Origin: Chlorokybus atmophyticus
Lineage: Eukaryota > Plantae > Mesostigma and Chlorokybus algae
Assembly: GCA_009103225.1 (NCBI GenBank)
Contig: RHPI01002069.1
Location: 831,378-895,377 of the forward strand
DNA length: 64,000 bases
Reading direction: 5' to 3'
Below are positions 60,320 through 64,000 of this stretch, piece after piece. The stretch's first letter is position 1. Each line of letters opens with the position of its first letter. The translations under genes and the position numbers were made by a program. The notes under the pieces were generated by a model that did no database searches, was not told the origin of the DNA, and saw nothing but the letters and a program-made list of their open reading frames with translations.

Positions 60320-63300
60320 GAATTGTCCGTGGTTGGTAGCTTAGTCGAGCAGAACGACTTTAAAAACTCTGTACTTCTTGATAAAGTTTCCTCTCTTTGT
60401 GATGTATCAGATGTATGGACTAATATGAGCACACCACCTGTGTTGAGAAATGCAAACGGTTGTGTTTTAATTAATGTTCCATTCTCTGAATTAGTAACTG
60501 CTGTTAAGCACTTACACGAGTTGCAATTACAACATGCTGTCATTGCATGTGTAGTTATCCCTCGATATCATGGCCCGTGGTCGTGATTGTTGAAAAGGGG
60601 AGAAGTAATCATGCAACTCTCACGCAAAGATACAGGAGCTTCACTGTTGCAAGTGATCTTTATCAAGTCTGCTACCAATCACGGCACTCCGACTTTATCT
60701 ACATTTGATGGTCACTCAGTGCCACTCAAATGGAGATTTGAGAGTCAACTTATGGGTACACCATGTACAGCATTGATTGATACTGGTGCAAACCATAACT
60801 TTGTTGAACATGCTTGGGTGAAACGTAATAACATTCCTTTCACACCAGTCACGTCATATGTACGTGCTGCTGGTTCCACTCTCAATGCAATGGGAGAGGT
60901 AAAAGGGCGTTTTGTTATTAATGGCCATAAAACCCGACCAGCCTTCATTGTGGTGGATATTGGTATTCCGGGGTGGATGTTGTTGTAGGGGAACAGTGGC
61001 ACACTGAAGCAGGTTTACAATTAGACTCTCGAGCCAATACGTGCACCCTTCGTAAAGGGAAACGTAGGATGACTTTTACAGCATCTGTACTCGCTCGTAT
61101 ACCTCGCAATAATGTTTCGCTCCTCTCTGCTATGCAATTGAAACGTTGCATGCGTAAACGTGAGGAAGTATACTTACTGCACTTACGACAGGTGGAAACA
61201 CCTGCTGAACAGGCTATCAGTGACCTTGTGGTGCAGTCACTTACGGAACAATACGCAGATGTATTTCAGGATGAACTCCCAGAGTTGCCTCCCGATCGAA
61301 ACATACATCATACCATTCCGTTAGAGGAGGGGGCAAAGCCACCTTGGCGGCCTATATACAGGCTAAGTCCCTTGGAACACGCCGAGATGGAAAAACAGCT
61401 CAAAGAGTTATTGGACAAAGGTTTGATAACAAAGAGCAAATCTCCTTTTGGTGCACCAATTTTGTTTCTGCCCAAAAAGAATGGCAAGCTACGCATGTGT
61501 ATTGATTACCGTGCGTTGAACAAGGTCACTGTGAAAAACAGATACCCTTTGCCTCGGATTGATGATTTGTTTGATAAGCTGTCAGGTGCAACAGTGTTCA
61601 GCACGCTAGATTTGACCAGTGGTTATTATCAAATCAAAATCCACCCGTCGGATATACAAAAAACTGCATTTCGCACCCCACTAGGAAACTTTGAGTATAA
61701 AGTGTTACCATTTGGGTTAACAAATGCACCGGCTACATTTCAGACAGCAATGAACGCGGTATTTGCTGATGAATTGTACAAGTTTGTACTGGTATATCTA
61801 GACGACATTATTGTGTTCAGCAAAACCCGGGAGGACCACCACAAACATGTGGAATTGGTTCTAGCTAAGTTACGCGAACACAAATTCTATGCCAACCTGT
61901 CCAAATGCAACTTTGCAAAGGATGAACTACCCTTTTTGGGGCATGTGATTAGTAAAGAAGGATTGAAACCAGTTCTTTAAAAGGTGTATGCAGTAAAGGA
62001 TTGGCCACCACCTAAGGATGTACATCAGTTACGTGCTTTCTTGGGGCTAGCCAATTATTTCCGCAAGTTCACGCGAGCATATTCTGGCATGGCAAACCCT
62101 TTAACAACTTTACTAAGAAAAGATGTAAAATTTGTGTGGATGGAGGCACACGAGGTTGCTTTTACACGCATTAAAGATGCATTAACACAAGCCCCCGTGT
62201 TAGCCTTCCCCGACCACATCAAGCCTTTTGTGGTGATCAGTGATGCTTCCACCATTGGGTGTGGGGCAGTCCTTCTACAGGATGACAGACCATGTGCATA
62301 TGAAAGCGGAAAGTTCATTCCTGCTGAACGTTATTACACAACCACTGAGCAGGAATTGCTCGGGTTGGTGCACGCGCTGCGCACATGGCGTTGCTACTTG
62401 AAAGGGGTGGAGTTTTCAGTGATTACTGATCACAACCCGCTCACATTCTTTCATACGCAACAAAATCTGTCGAGGCGGCAAGCTAGGTGGAATGAATTCA
62501 TTTTTCGTTTCACTTTCACTTGGCAATACCGTCCGGGTCGCACCAATGTGGCGGATCCACTAAGTCGCAGCCCTGCTTATTTGGCACTTACGCGCTCTCG
62601 AAGTACGCGTAATGTACAACAGCCTGAAGATCCTTTCTTAAAAGAAGTGTCCACAGGTTATAACTCAGATGATTGGTTTAGCAGTCAAACCAACTTGCAA
62701 CAGCTTACTGCTGTTAGCAATCTGTGGTATAAAGGGGAGCAGTTGGCAATTCCCAACTCGGGCGACTTGCGTAAGCAATGCTTACATTCAGTGCATGACC
62801 TGCCGTATGCTGGGCATTTGGAAAAACACAAAACACTCAAATCTGCGCAACAGTTATACTGGTGGCCGTCAATGTCAGCTGACGTGGATCAATATGTTTG
62901 CACATGTGACGTGTGTCAACGTAGTAAGCCACTACGCCAAAAACAAGCGGGATTGCTTAAACCATTGGCAATTCCAGAACAAAAGTGGGATAGTGTCAGT
63001 GTGGATTTGATTACTGACCTACCTGAAACAGCAGCTAAATACACTGCTATTGTGGTTTTTATCGACCGTTTGACTAAAATGGTGCATTTTGCCCCGTGTT
63101 GCACAACTGTAAGTGCACGGGACTTGGCACACTTATTTGTGTCCACGGTCTTTCGCGTTCACGGTGTACCGCGTGAACTCGTCACAGATCGTGATCCTCG
63201 GTTTGTCTCCAAGTTCTGGCGAGAAGTCTGTGAATTGTTGGGGGTAAAACAAAGCATGTTGACTGCTTTCCACCCTCAAACGGACGGTCAAACTGAGCGA

Positions 63301-64000
63301 GCAAATCAAATATTGGAAGAAATGCTTCGCCACTATGTGGTTCCTAATCATGCTGATTGGGACAGGTACTTGCCAATGGCAGAATTCGCTGTGAACAACG
63401 CGTGGCAGGAAAGTGTAAAGGAAACCCCATTTTTCTTGAATTATGGGATTCGTCCGAACACACCAGCGTCATTGCGTGTACCTCGCAATGCTCTGACTGT
63501 ACCAGCGGCAAAGGAATTTGCCACTAATATTCAAGAAAAATTGGCTTGAGCCAAGCTATGTCTGTCAGAAGCACAGGACAGGCAAAAAGCTTATGCTGAT
63601 ACACATCGAAAATGGCCACTTTCGATGTCGGCGATAAAGTTTTGCTTAATGCAGAAAACATAACCATCAAAGATACGGGTGCTCGCAAGTTGCTGCCCCG
63701 ATGGTTAGGTCCTTTCTCTATCACTGATAGAGTTGGTACGCACGCTTATCGACTGCAATTGCCCCCAAGTGTGCGTATACACAATGTGTTCCATGTAAAC
63801 TTGTTGAAACCTTACCGCTCAGACGGTAGAACACAGCCTCCACCACCGCCAGTTGAGGTGGACAGCGAGCTCGAATATGAGGTGGAAGCTATATTGAACC
63901 ATAAGCTAAATAGTCGAGGACGCGCAACTCGCTATTTGGTAAAATGGAAAGGGTATGGCCTGGAGCATAACAGTTGGGAGCCCGACAGGCATCTTACGCA
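60320..64000 (+). pseudogene. pol: pol (extra domain-PR-RT-RNase H-IN-chromodomain), disrupted
   Basis: Stops at 60584 (TGA), 61978 (TAA) and 63547 (TGA). Frameshifts near 60970 (G-run in ccggggtggat) and near 63610. Confidence 0.92.

Larger units (their letters stand above)
57791..64000 (+). mobile_element. Ty3/Gypsy LTR retrotransposon, chromovirus clade, decayed, truncated by the window end
   Basis: Domain order gag-PR-RT-RH-INT-chromodomain. Zinc knuckle CSFCKKTGHGEAKC, protease LIDTGA, RT LRMCIDYRALN...YLDDIIVFS, integrase zinc finger and GQTERANQ, GPF/Y motif WLGPF, chromodomain EYEVEAILNH...YLVKWKGYGLEHNSWEP. Confidence 0.97.

Noticed and set aside
1-64000. CRISPR arrays, rRNA, tRNA, and intronic snoRNAs in WDR46
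   Set aside because: No regularly spaced repeat-spacer array, T-loop/cloverleaf, rRNA signature or convincing paired C/D boxes were seen by eye. Infernal or tRNAscan would be needed to exclude small RNAs.

Overview
Gene-dense, intron-rich eukaryotic nuclear DNA, most likely from a green alga or early-diverging green-plant lineage. This is inferred from BLISTER-like, PTF2-like and bTHX genes and from GT..(T)GCAG introns. About 13 multi-exon host genes can be recognised: ALKBH2-like, TMEM135, a CoA-type Nudix hydrolase, BLISTER-like, an uncharacterised plastid-type repeat protein, a fucosyltransferase-like protein, PTF2/BRF2-like, SWEET, mitochondrial-type bTHX, SLC35F, WDR46/UTP7, a large cell-surface beta-helix/Cys-repeat protein and ARMC7. 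Three further gene candidates are weak. Genes are mostly arranged as divergent pairs around CpG-rich spacers. Mobile DNA: (i) a 3123-bp hAT transposon (19799-22921) with a perfect 8-bp TSD and an apparently intact 6-exon transposase, nested in older AT-rich TE-like DNA; (ii) TE-like DNA with nested inverted and direct repeats at 29.7-32.8 kb; (iii) a decayed Ty3/Gypsy chromovirus (57791 to the window end) with an extra, Dam-methyltransferase-like segment between gag and protease and a probable intron in its leader. The most interesting leads are the MTase-like insert in the chromovirus, the plastid-type protein with two short repeat families, the SWEET with a bipartite thylakoid-like presequence, and the apparently intact hAT element. 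All protein identifications come from motif recall; no database search was run. Exon boundaries were read by eye.
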